A program made the position numbers and the translations under genes. The notes beneath the pieces are model-generated. The model was not told the DNA's origin, made no database searches, and saw only the letters and a list, made by a program, of their open reading frames with translations. From Patellaria atrata CBS 101060 (Eukaryota), in NCBI GenBank assembly GCA_010093705.1, contig MU006092.1:254623-318622 (forward strand): a stretch of 64,000 bases of DNA, written 5' to 3'. Shown here piece after piece: positions 1-12,509 of this stretch. Every line of letters begins with the position of its first letter. The stretch's first letter is position 1.

Positions 1-459
1 TACCCGAAAATATCTCGGTCTTTGGCACTGTATTATTACACCGTTTTGCGGACGAGCACGACATTCCTCAGCTTCGGCGCGCAACGTAGAACTGCTATAT
101 CATCAGAGATACCTGGCCCCTTCCTCAAACATGGCCAGTATCCTTAAATGGCTCCTTCGGAGTCTCCTTTATTTAAATTACTTATGGATACATATATCGA
201 TAACTGGGATCCTTCCAAAGATAACGCCAAGCAAATCCCTGCACGGCGTGACTTACCCCCGAGGTATACAATTAAAGCAATGGTGGCATGCGCTACTGAC
301 AGACTTTCCAATGATGCTGTACGAAAACAACGTCTTAACCCCCTGAATGAATATATCGATGTAGAGAACAACTGGGGGAATATCTGTGAGCAGAAGAGTC
401 GCAAGAAACGGAAGAGGCATCTGGAAGAAAGCATGTCCACAACCTCTTCTCCCACCTAG
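1..459 (+). pseudogene. 3' part of a fungal BTB/POZ-domain protein gene, disrupted and truncated by the window edge
   Basis: FADEHDIPQLR near 45-77 and SPLFKLLMDTYIDNWDP...DLP (ORF 148-459) match the paralogue at 3084-3831 (FADEYDVPKLL; SLLRKFLVDTYASDWDP...DLP). A stop and frame disruption lie between the two blocks. Confidence 0.55.
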
Positions 460-588
460 CTTCTATTCTGTTTATCTACTCGAGGAAGGGTCAAGGGATT
501 GTTCGTAGCCTCACATGTAACTTGGCGGGATTACTTTCACCAGCATCTGTCAGAGCACAAATCAAAGTTTGGCGAGACTCCAACTCCG

Positions 589-760
589 CGACTCCGTACA
601 GACACAACACTGAGAGAATGATGTTCCACACATAGACCAAGCGAGTATACCATCTCTCTTGGTCCTGGTACAAGTGACAATCTGATTCTGGCACGACTCC
701 ATGACTCCGTACAGACATAACACTAAGACAATGATGTTCCACACATAGGCCAATTGAGTA
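589..760. repeat. Imperfect direct repeat of ~58 bp, two copies 114 bp apart
   Basis: gactccgtacagacacaacactgagagaatgatgttccacacatag (589) versus gactccgtacagacataacactaagacaatgatgttccacacatag (703). Confidence 0.9.
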
Positions 761-1477
761 CCACTATTTACCGTGGTTTCCGTCTAGATAACGTTTCAGT
801 TCCTGCACAGCGTTTGTTTCGTACAGTACATCAATCGTTTAGGCTTAGATAGTAGGCTAGGGGATGGATTACCTACTCTTATATTTTATATGATTATGCT
901 ATATCTTTTTATTTTTACATTCGCTTTTGTACTGTAACGTTAACTGTAGTACTACTGTACTTACATGCGCCGGACCCATACCCTCACTCTTGTCGGGGCC
1001 TTTTAAGGAGTAATAAGTCCCTATTGAAAGCGTACTTACTTCTATCACATCAATTCAAGAGTATACTTGGAGATATTTAATTCGATACATAACACCACTT
1101 CAGATACTTTGACTTAATACTGCACTGAATGTTAGGAGACAGAGAGCAATTTATACCCAGCTCTATATTCATATCACTACAGACTCTTTCCATCTCTAGA
1201 ACCTTATCCATATCCAACGAAGTTACCTACATGTTGTGAACCATCCACAAAAAGGATAATTCGATTAAGTGGCCCCGAAAAGGTATCAATATACCTTCCC
1301 CTTCCTCTCACACATCGCTAACCGTCACATGGAGCATCGACATCACTATACAGAAACGTTGAAAACGTCCCGAGGCCCCTTAAAGGCCTTGGACATCCAG
1401 GTGAAGAACTACCCTTTGTATATACTGACGTCGATAGCTTAGTTATATGTATGACTATTATTTCCCAATTAAATTAC

Positions 1478-2050
1478 CTAACGAGCGAATAAGCAAACGA
1501 GTGAGCGAACGAACGAGCGAATCAACCAGCGAACAAGCAAGCAGCGAGCGAACGAATAAACTAGCTAGCCAGCGAACGAACGACCGAGCGCACCGGCCGG
1601 CGAACGAGTGAATCGAACAGCGAGCGAATGACGATCAAGTAATGTACGACGAACCCACGAGCGAGTGAATAAGCCGGTCAGCGAGCGAACAAGCCAGCCA
1701 TGGAGCGAATAAACTAGCCAACCAGCGAACGAATGAACCAGCGAGCGAATATAAGAAAGACCGAGCCAATATACGAACGAACGAACAAAGATATAAACGA
1801 GCGAGAGGACATAGGAGCGAACGAGAATATAAGTAAACGAGCGAACAAGCGAATAAATATACGAATATACGAGCGAACGAATATAGAAGCGAACGTATGA
1901 ACAAATAGACGAATCAGCGAACTAGGGACCGAATTAGCTAGCGAGCGAGCGAATAATAAAACCAACGAACGAATGAACGAGCGAACTAAGGAATAAGAGA
2001 ACGAGCGAATAAGGAAATAAACGAGCGAACGAGGGAACGAAGGAATGAGA
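1478..2050. repeat. Degenerate (GAAC/GAGC/GAAT)n low-complexity tract
   Basis: Dense acgagcgaac and gaacgaac units with strong purine skew over ~570 bp. Confidence 0.9.
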
Positions 2051-3083
2051 TATTGAGAAAGCAACCGTATAAACTTCTCTAGTAAGTAAGCAAGTGAGGT
2101 AGAAGTGTGCACGGGCCTAGGGGATGGTGGATGCGATATAGTATATACTTGCCTTGACGTTGTTCCCAAAGAGTGAATGCGGCGGACGGTGTCCGAGTCG
2201 TTTGGTGGATATTATACTGTATAGGTAAACTGAGGCTATTAAGTAAATTGGGATTATAGTGGACTAGCATGTTGTGGAGTTTCTAGGTGGAAGAAATGTG
2301 TGTTGAACGCAATGTAATCTCGAATAGAACTCAGCCAGAAACCTCCCATTTTTGTAAAGGCGACGAGATTACTTCGTAGACATTGGAAAAAGCGCATTAG
2401 AGATGTTAAATGGATAAGGGTTCGAGGGATTCAGAGTGAATTTTGAAAAGATATCACGTAGGGTGGGATGTCACCCCTTCGGGACGTTCCCATTATAAAA
2501 TATTAACGAGTTTAGATGATTGGAAGATTACTTTAAATATAGAGCCTTAGTAATCTATATATACAGGGAGAGAATAGCGAGGGAGTGGAAAGTGAACGGC
2601 GCGGTGAGCGTTTGATTCATCGTTTAAAGATAATTCGAAAAGTATAGGAGAGGAAGGGAGTCAAAGTATCTGATGTTCGAAAAATAGGGAAGTAGGAGGG
2701 CCATAAGGCAGAAATTGATCTAGAACCCCAGAGAGGAGTCTCTGGGAAGAAAAAGCGGCTAAATGCTAATCATTTGGAGAGTTCGGTAGATAGAACGTCT
2801 GGCGTTACCCTCTCCCTATTAGGGTCAAGCTCAGCTGCTTCCGGACGAGCATCGTACACACACTGCTTGATGCCAACTATTTGAAAGCATGCCTTCTCAA
2901 GGTGTCAGTTTCGGCATTGGGACAAATGTCGAGTCTATTTTACGAATAATTGATTTTGTATAGTGAAATCACTCAAAGGGAAAAAGAAAAGGAGGAGACA
3001 CTATGATACGGGTAAACACAAGAATATATCCAGGGGAAATGATAAGTGTAGGTAGCATGACTAGGTGCCAAAGTCCGTGTTGA

Positions 3084-3831
3084 TTACTTCCTGAAATCCG
3101 GTGAGGTTTTCTTATAATCAGGGCAATTTTTCTTCTCCTCGACATTCGCGTGTTCATGATATGAGCATTTCGGATCGAGCTGGCTATCTTTCTCCTTGCA
3201 ATCCACGATCTGGCGGGCAAACCCCATCATAACGTCGAGTATGAACTGTGCGGGTAGATCCGGGGGATCTTCGATCCAGGAGTCCCCACCGCTGTCCGGA
3301 TCCCAATCAGATGCATAAGTATCCACAAGAACTTCCTTAGCAGAGAAGAGGAGCGAAGCTTCTCGTAAGCGGAGATGATGTCCATGCGGGTTGGTAGAGC
3401 GGTGTGCTCGTAAAGGACGCTTATCGTGTCGTTGAGCAGTTTAGGAACGTCGTATTCGTCGGCAAAGAAGTAAAGATTAAACATCTCCTCCATATTTAGA
3501 TCTTTCTTGATAGTTCGAATGTAGAGCCAATCAACGAAAATTCTAAATATGGTTGGTTACGTTCGGTATATGGACCGAGTTGTCTGATCCTTCTTTGAAT
3601 GAGCTGTTTGTGCAGCGTCATAAAATTTGCAATAGTGGCAGATAAGATTCTTTTGAACTACCAAGGCCTCTTTACCGCTGCCGAAATAGATTGTTGCAGT
3701 TTTGGTGCTGTCAATTGCGCCATTACTATGGTGTACGTTAGCGTAAGCTATTCTAGCATTGGATCATACTTCATGGTGGCGCACAAGAAAGAGGGAGGGC
3801 CTTTCATTAGCTTCTGAATATCTGATTCCAT
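3084..3831 (-). pseudogene. BTB/POZ-domain protein gene with frameshifts
   Basis: Reads VVQKNLICHYCKFYDAA / SFKEG / FRIFVDWLY / LYFFADEYDVPKL / LRKFL-VDTY / CSYHEH, typical of fungal BTB proteins. These blocks are split over different frames. A probable intron follows MESDIQKLMKGPPSFLCATM. Confidence 0.7.
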
Positions 3832-5406
3832 GCTGGATTCGCCCTCAAAAGTCTTGAGTAATATGCCTTATAGAATTTAGATATAACAGGATGCTCTTGT
3901 GGGTCACCGTACTGCACTGGACAGTACAATTTAATTGCGCTACCCTGTACGAAATGACTGATCTTATAGAATATCTGACAGATTAAAGACGACTTAAGTA
4001 TGTTTTAAGGTAGGATTAAGCTCGAGCAGAACGATACCTAGGGGGAAACAATGGTACTAGGAGATGTGAGGTAAGGTATAAGGTGTTGAGGTACTGTACC
4101 TTATTTAGAACGAGTGCATACGGCCTGATTGGCTTTAGCGAGCAAAGGCGTGGAATATTGAACAACTCTTTCATGGCGTGCCGCCCAGTCATGCCAGTAT
4201 AGCATTAGAAGTACACAAGATGCTAAAACTACATAGCCACTTGGAATAAAAGAGTTAAGTAAAATGTCTATTCGAACAAACAATGGCGTGGCTAATGAGT
4301 TCGCACTGGTTAGAATCATTTAGTACTACAGAAAGAGGTCAAAGGTACAAAGGATATACCTTAGTGGGTCGTTATACTTGGACGCAGGAGGCGAAGGAAA
4401 GGAGGCATGGTTCATGCTTATTGCTTGTTTATATGTCGTGAACTTCATAGTAATCATAGCATAATAGGATATCCAAATTGTATTAACCCTTCATGTTATA
4501 AGTAGTAGATATCCTATATTCTGTATATAACGGTCCAGAGCGTATGCTGCGTATTACCGGTAGGTTCGGACTATTGGACTAAAGGAAGGTTTGTAACAAC
4601 GACTATAAGGTAAGCTGGGGCGAAGGAGGTAAAGGTAGAGGTTGAGGTCTAGGTATAGGAAGACCTCGTACTTGGAAAACCCAAAGGAAATCTTTTCGAA
4701 TTGTGCAGCTCCTCCCTTACCTCACCCTCTCCAAACCAGCAACCACCTCAGTCGACATCGGGCCGGGGACTAGACCAATGCAATTGATTCAATATCTACC
4801 TATTCACTACCTACAATAGGTCGCCTACTGTATGTCCCCCACGCATCCCACTCAACTTCGACAACTTTTTCGCATGTATCCCACTTACCCGCCTCTCTCT
4901 TCTCCGCCTCACATAGACTCAGATCGCATGCAATGCATATCAAACGAAATGCATTGCCATAAAACTCAGTGCCGAAAACAAGAGGGAAACTAAAATGACA
5001 CAAAAGAGAAGATGATCCCACCAGATAATATATAAATGCACGTGCGGAGAACCCAAATAGATTGAGGCCACCGTAGACTTGACTTGAAAAAGAGATAATT
5101 ACACGGATGGATGAAAATCGATATTTCGACGAATGGGAATGAGAGGATCGCTCCTCACTACGGTACGCAACAGAGTGAATATGATATTCGGTAAGTAGCC
5201 ATAGGGAGTCGAGAAATGATATCTACATATAGAGAGGTAAGGTTGGAAAGAGACTCGTAGAGGTTGGCCGTGGTAGTCTAGGAATGAGGATATTTGTGTG
5301 GTGTTTGTAATATTAGGCGTCCTTCAGACGTCGATGTGCGTGCAAAAACGGGATCCGGAACCTCAACGCCCCGCAACCAAAAACAAGTAGATAATTAGCT
5401 ACAGGT

Positions 5407-6702
5407 TTAAAAGTTCTGCGCTATTCCGGAATTTCCTGGTTGGGGAAACACGGTCGGGTTCTCGATCCTTGTATTCCTCCTAGCTGACACATCTTTGATC
5501 ACTGGTTGTTGACCATATGCAGGATCACTATATGGGTTTCCCTGATAATAGGTGTTATCTGAATAGTAGTCTTGTGGATTATGGTTTGGCATGGGGATAT
5601 CTCCACTCGAATGATCTGAATGGTTTGCAACCGAGTATGATGAAGAAGCGTTGGAAGGCCCTCGTTGGACGCCGGACCTACTGTTTGAACCAGCAGCGGG
5701 TGCTGAGCCTAGAGCATCAATACCATCAGAATCCATAGTCTCTCGTCGACCATTGACTAGAGGATCGGAAGAATGACTATCTGAATGGGTGCCCTGTGGA
5801 GATCCAGGGTTCTGGTACCCTCCTGGATTGCTACCGGAGTCGGAAACAGCAGCAAAACCTCCGGATATTGTTGTTGATGTCTTCCTGTTGGATGGATTTG
5901 TGGTGTTACCCCATCCTCTATAACCACTGGAATCTTCCATCATCCCAGAACCAGCAACGACGGGAAGGGTTGGATCATTATTCGGATTGAAACCGTACTC
6001 TTCCACCTCCTTCCTCCTGGCCTCATCAGCGCTCTTCTTCTGTTTCCTTCTACGCCAAAACCAAAGTCCAGCAAGAACAAGAACAGCCACCGCGACAACG
6101 GGAATCACAACGGCAATGGCAGTCTTTCCACCGTCTGACAACCCTCCACCTGACGAGGAGGAACCATTGTCTGGTTGAAGTGCAGCTCCAGAAGATGATG
6201 TAGGTGCTGTACCGGAAGTGGATGTTGGGACGTTGTCCTGTGGTGTCGATTCTATAGGGGCAGTTGTTGTAATGATAACAGTTATCTGAGTTGGACTCTC
6301 ACCCGGCGCCGTAGCGGATTTAGTGATAACTTGAATAGATGTGATCACCGTTGGTGAAGGTGGAGGTGCGGTGGAGGTCGATGTAGTTACTGGTAGAGGC
6401 GGAGGGTCTTCTGATGATGTTGTAGGTATAGCTATCGAGGATTCGGTAGTCGGTATCGGGGGAGTTGAAGTGGTCTCAGGAGGCAGAAGAACTGAAGTAG
6501 TAGTTGGTGGTTCCGGAGTTGGAGTAGGTGTAGTTGGCGATGGAGGCTGCGTTTGAGTTTCAGAATCTATGATGGAGGAAGTCGCGGGATCAGAGGGTGA
6601 AGTAGGAGCTGAACTCATGATTAGACGCGCGATTCAACAGCAAACTCTCAGATGAAATGGAAGATGCTCACTTGGATCAGTGCCATTGTTGATCGTAGAC
6701 AT
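5407..6702 (-). CDS. Ser/Thr/Pro-rich single-pass membrane protein (Mid2/Wsc/Skg6-like cell-surface sensor)
   Basis: Exon 1 is 6672-6702 (MSTINNGTDP). An intron at 6609-6671 (GTGAGC...CTAAT...CAG) joins it in frame to ORF 5407-6618. S/T/P-rich ectodomain, TM segment TAIAVVIPVVAVAVLVLAGLWFW followed by RRRKQKK, then a disordered cytoplasmic tail. Confidence 0.8.
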
Positions 6703-9006
6703 GATGGACTAGTAATTAAGGATGGTTTACGGTACAAGCGATGCGAAAGGGAGGATGAGCCGAAAATGAGACGGTCGCGTTCGCCGCTGCGAGGCGATGT
6801 TACGGGCGAACTACTGACACGAGTACGAGAATAGCACTCGACCTACGATGTACCGTAAGATAGAAGGAGGGATAGCATTCGGTGACAATAATGAAGGAGA
6901 GACACCGATGCTGACGGCCTTAGGTTGGACGAGCTGAATTTTTGGAAGAGGAGATCGGTTGGAGGGTTGAGTGTTGAGTGAGGACTGAGGAGAGCTGGTC
7001 TCCAGTTTGGAATTTGCTTTGGTTGGCTTGAGCGCGACTCCTGGTACAATTCTACCAACCTTGGCCTAGTTAGGTTACTGGCCTTGTTTTGGGAGATTGG
7101 CACAACGTCTCGAAACGGCAGATAAAAATCCTTATGATAATTTACAAAATATACTTTTGTACTTTATCATGCCGGGACTGCCCACGAGGGAAGGGAAAAA
7201 GAATTGTGGTTGTACGTACTGCTGTACTGCACTAATTACAACCGTTTGTTAGATGCTTTAGACCAACAATGTGTCAATTTACTAATTGCCACCTCAACAG
7301 GCTCGGATTTCAGATATCAGCATAAGCGTCTTGCCTTATGATACGCTACGCTGTACAGTCACGCTGAATATCCTGTACGAGTACGAGGCGGCTTAAAAAT
7401 ATCTATCGTACAGTACATACTCCATACATGAGTTACCATGGCTAACTGGCTTCCGAACATCCGCCTTCACCATATATCCTGATTCTCCTGGGCCCCAAGC
7501 TGTGTCTAAAAATTAGAGAAGCTCTCCGAGAGGATATTGATGAGGCTGTGTTATGTTTAGAAGCTGATTCCCGCCCCTCTAGCACGTCTAGGAAGGTCTA
7601 AAAGCCGTATCAGGCGTTATGAGAGGCTGCCCTAACTGTTTCTAGATGCGCCAGCTGAACCCTACAGAAACCTCATCCTCAATCCTCATCATCAATTCTT
7701 CATGAAATCTCGTCTTATTATTGATCTCACGAACAAACTTACGGCGCACGTTCTCAAGATCGCTTGTTCAGCATCAAACTGATCGGATCCACTTTGTATA
7801 ATACTGCTTGTGTAAACAACCAAACGACTGAACTTATTATTAGCCGTGAGCCGACTTCCCCTCGTCACTTTTGCTTGTCACAGAAAATACATCCGGCACC
7901 ATCAAAGACCGTTTTTGCCCCCTTGGTTTCCTCAAGCCGTCCTGATTGGGTCATCTTGCTAATGCGAACACGAGGCTATCCTCAGAATGCTACGCTCCTC
8001 CACCCTGACTCCGCTGATCGATGACTATGGTTCTCGCTTGAGAGTTGCTTTGACAGTCACTTTTCCGCATTTTAAGGGCCGTGCGGAATTGACGGATTTT
8101 GGTTGGAGGTGGTGAGATTTTCTTGCGCAATCGCGATGCGGGGAGAGGCTGTTTAGGGAAGTAGTTTTGAGTTGGAGTTTATTGGGTGGCAAAGTACTGA
8201 AATACCAAACCTCGAGGCTTCTAAAGTTCAAGATGTAGCATGTTAGATAAGTTAGCAATATTGGGAGGACATGTTTCTATTTCTTCTACTTGAAGCTTCA
8301 GAATATGGAAAGCCATGCGTTTCCGAATGTCAAACAGGTCTCGTTTTGAAACGCTGACTTGGCGCCCTTCATAGGAGTCGACTATGCAGGAAATGATTCG
8401 ATGTCGTCGCTTTATAAGTCATAGAGGATTGTATATGTGCGAATAGATAGGTATTCTAAAACGTAGTCCTTCGTACGACCGTACCTTATGGTCTTTGATC
8501 TTTATACATTCTTGAATGATGCTCCAAACTCCGGTTTGATAACTTGGTGTGGAATATCTTGGTAACCTAAGGTAAGCCTAAAACAAGGTCAAGTTGATCT
8601 ACCCAGGGCTCAGCCTTGCGTAAGATGCTCCATAATGATGAATATCACCAGATGATTTACGATAACATGCAAGTGTCAAGGTATATCTATATTTTGAATT
8701 GCTTGGTAGATCCAGTGATCCAAATCTCCAAAAGCATACAATATATACATAGAAAGTTAGAAGTGAAGCAGGGACATAAGTTCGCCCAGTTCCTGCACCC
8801 GGCAGCTTCAAGAAAGTCGAAGTACTCCGGTAACCAAAAGAGTGTTTTCCTCCATCCTTTCCCATGGTATTTATTTCGTCATGACAGGTCGTTATAAGCG
8901 CTGCTTCTAGTGCGCTAGCTGAGTAATGATATCCAAGATGCGTGGACTGCGTTGCAGAGTACTATGTGCCGTCCGGAATCACCAATTACCCCATAAGTGA
9001 TATCCT

Positions 9007-9849
9007 TTAGTTGTTGAACCACCACTTTACACCAGGGACACGTCCATCGCCCTGAGGAGCCACTTTGCTGAATAAGCTTCTGGAACAGTCAATGGCAGCA
9101 TCCTCGCATCCCAAACAAGTGTCGACAACCTTTGCTGTATGAGTTCGGCCTTCATACTCAATAGTGATAGTCTGGCCGCACAAAGGATTGTCGTTGGAAT
9201 TTCCAACATTCTGCATGATTCCGTGGGCAATAGCAACAACATCCTCACCCTCGTAGCTTGTCACACCGCAGGAGCCCAGCCCAGTATCGTAATATGTCAT
9301 TTCAGCGGTATAGACATTTCCACTTGGAGCAACAGCGGTTTCTGATTCGCCCGAGTAGCTGGTGGTTTCTTCTTGAGCAGCAGGGAGGTTAGAACTGATA
9401 GGAGCCGCGGGAGGAGTGTACATAGCCACGGGCTCTGGCGCGGCTTCAACAACTACTGGGGTATAGACTGGTGCGGATTCCTGAGTGGTAGTAGGAGCAG
9501 GTGGTGCGACATAAACCGAGGAAAATGAGCTTGGCTTTGGTTCGACGTAGACAGGAGCTTGGGAAGAAGTTGAAGTGGGCGCCGGTGCAACATATGGAGC
9601 TTCCGTGCTAGTCATCTCAGCAGCAGTAGGTGGGCTGTAAGGTTCTTCATAGAACTCTGCTGCTGGGGTAGTTGTAGGCTGAGGGATCACATCACCGGGA
9701 TGAATCCAAACGGTGGTGGTGGTATAGACTGTCTCGTAGACCTCAGTGTACAGCGTAACGACGACCAGATCGCGTTTGTTCACTGGCGCAGCCGCGACTA
9801 GGGATGAGAGAAGGAAAGAGGAAGCAGCGAAAAGGGCCGTGGTCTTCAT
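9007..9849 (-). CDS. Secreted allergen Asp f 7-like / RlpA-like double-psi beta-barrel (expansin-like) protein
   Basis: Signal peptide and a KR site, P/T/S-rich linker, then a C-terminal domain MTYYDTGLGSCG...VVAI...NPLCGQTITI...AKVVDTCLGC...IDCS..LF. Confidence 0.9.
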   Translation of the reverse strand: MKTTALFAASSFLLSSLVAAAPVNKRDLVVVTLYTEVYETVYTTTTVWIHPGDVIPQPTTTPAAEFYEEPYSPPTAAEMTSTEAPYVAPAPTSTSSQAPVYVEPKPSSFSSVYVAPPAPTTTQESAPVYTPVVVEAAPEPVAMYTPPAAPISSNLPAAQEETTSYSGESETAVAPSGNVYTAEMTYYDTGLGSCGVTSYEGEDVVAIAHGIMQNVGNSNDNPLCGQTITIEYEGRTHTAKVVDTCLGCEDAAIDCSRSLFSKVAPQGDGRVPGVKWWFNN

Positions 9850-12509
9850 TTTGCCGTTAGTTCGAGAGTTGACAGAGCTGGAGAAGTTGCAAAGCTGCCT
9901 TTTCTCTAGTAGAGACTGTGGTGACTGAGGGCCGTTTGTAGTGATTCGTCCTTTGAAATGACTGCGAGCGAATTGACTGGCAATTCTGACTATCTGGGTA
10001 TACCTGTGTAGGCTGTAGGGGAGCTCTGGGCTGCAATTGATTGCGAGATGTCTTTAAGGCTCCAAAGGAATGTAGCCGTTTAGAGATGCTTGATCTCTGG
10101 AAAGAGTGAAAAAGTGGAAAAGAAGGGAATGGACGAACGTACGCACGACCTCAAGTCTGTAAAGAGTGGACAGTTGAGGAGAGGAAGGCGAAGTTCTTGT
10201 AGGTGGGAGAAGAGCATGGGATAGGGAAAAGTTAGACAGAGAGAAAGACGACCGAAAAGTAGCTGCAGGGGTAAATCTGTCTAGCATTCTCCGTTAACGA
10301 ATAGGAATAAGATGCCCCTGACAGTCCACGAGTCCGGCGGGGCCTCCAGCGATCCCATCAACGGCTCCGGTACCTTGATTTGCAGCGCTTTCACCCACTC
10401 CAGTTACCTCTGTACCGACTCACCGTAACTTTTTAGCTCCTAGCCTTTCGACAATCTTGACAAGTCGAAAAAACTCTTTAGACATACTGAAGCAAGTAGA
10501 AAGAACTAGGGGAATCTCAAAGAAGTATCTCGCAATACATGTTCCTAGTATCTGCGGGCTTCCGGGGAAACCCCTTTTCTGTTCTTTATGCATTCATATT
10601 ATCACGTTGTAAGACCTCACAGCGACGTGTTAGCATCTCAGGTCTCAGCCCCAAAAACCAAGCGGGTATGGGTGAGCTGTTATTCCAAACGTACCCATCC
10701 GGCCTGGGAACCGACAAATCGCAAGCAAAATCCCGACGACGTTTCTTTAAACCTCAGGAAACAATTGGTAGCGATTCACGCCATTATTCAGGTACGCCCG
10801 GCGGATCGCTGCCCAGCTCAGGGGTGGATATTCTTACGTTGCGATACCACCACGACAACTCAACTCCAACTTTCAAGCAACTTGTTTCTAACTTGTACTC
10901 TCACCAGTGTTGTACAGTATTGTTCCGTCCTTTGATTGCCGTCTCGCCCTCTGTACTCTCGGTGAAATGCTGTTGGGTCTACTAAGGACAACCTTTTACT
11001 GTACAGGACAGTACGTGAACAATTTAGTACAAGAAGACATTTCTAATTTGCAAAGTATCTTCCTTTGCCACCAGCCAGTACAATTCCGTTCTTTAGTAAC
11101 TCTTTGGTATTCACATCGTTCTATTCTGCTCTTCCAGTTACAATATTTTCATAGAGAATGTGTTAGCATCCGCTCGGCACCTTTTCAAACTCAACATTCG
11201 ATGTGCGATTTTCCGTCAATCAGTCCTTTAAGCGTATGCAGCTTGGAAAATCCTTCATACAAATCTGCAAAGTAAGATTTTTGTGGACCTTTCTCACAGA
11301 CTTCCAGAATTTTGGTTGGATTCTTTTACCCTTCTAACCAGAAGACTGCGTCCCCGGCTGCATAGGCGCGAAAGTAAGGTTATCGCTATCGATATGTTCC
11401 CGTCCCCATACCCGAAATATGATAACCTTAACTCGATCGTCCACCTCACAAGAGATGGGTTAGATAGAACAAACCTGAAATCGTTGATTTCCTCCACTGT
11501 GAGGTCATTGCTTTCCTCTCTGGAATTGTCTACATTATTATCTGCACGATCTATAAAGCTAAAGGTATTCTAGAAGAACAGTCCTCTGGCGGAACTTTAA
11601 GCTGTATCACCGTTTAAGAACCTTCAAGAAAAGCAGAAATGATAAGGCCTATAAAGTGGAAAATCGTCTGATATCTCAGGAACACGAACTGCCAGGGGTT
11701 TCTCTAAGCTTTATTTATATTACTTATACTTATTAGTAAAGTATCAGAATGTTTCGACGATCAAGGTTCCTACCTGTCTATTTTACGTCTCCGATTGAAT
11801 GTGCTATCAAAACATGTTAAAGAGCTAGGAAAACTGGAGTAAAATACGAACAGCAATGCGTAAAACAATGCGTTTTGATGATTGTCGTAATTTAAGTCGT
11901 TCTCCGACCCTCTGGTTTATGTGTCTGTTCGACTATAACCTTTATTTGTAAAACAGAAGACATATACTACTAACAACATTGAATCTATTTCTAGAACTAT
12001 AACAGTATCCGGCACTCCAGCACTTACGCGGTAAGAATACTTCACAAATTCTCGTTATGGCTACTTCTCATTAAAGTTATTCAACCAGGGAAGGGATTAC
12101 CCAGACTGATTATGAGATATGGTGTTAACACCCAGGTGAGCAATTGATGTTCACATCTTAACGGTAACGTCTACAGTGGCTATTACCTTCACTTAACGTG
12201 GAAATCTTTTGTACGAGTACAATGTCTTTACTTCACGTGTTGTGTTGACGGATTCAAGGGGATAATAAGTAGATTTTCACTGTTCTAACTCATGATCAAA
12301 TCGATTGCTTGAGTGTTCCAGAATAAAGTTTACATGTACACTTAGCTCTTCAAACTTAAATACTGCTACCATTAAGCACAGTATCATTTCTTTCCTCAAA
12401 TAAATCCGAAGCAAAGATCACAACTCAACAGCGAAACAACTATCTTGACAGAAGAATCTTTTCCCTTTCTAAAACATCACTCATCTCGAATCACTATATA
12501 CTTCTTTCA

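Noticed and set aside
562..753. 63-aa Cys-rich ORF with a hydrophobic N-terminus ending in AKL
   Set aside because: Non-ATG start, and it is built from a local direct repeat read in two different frames, so probably coincidental.
1635..2169. Long minus-strand ORFs (89 and 151 aa) rich in RSF/SLV
   Set aside because: They are translations of the GAAC/GAGC low-complexity tract, with no domain signal.
10539..11573. Cluster of 96-148-aa ORFs upstream of the Asp f 7-like gene
   Set aside because: Overlapping frames without domain signatures; consistent with intergenic noise.
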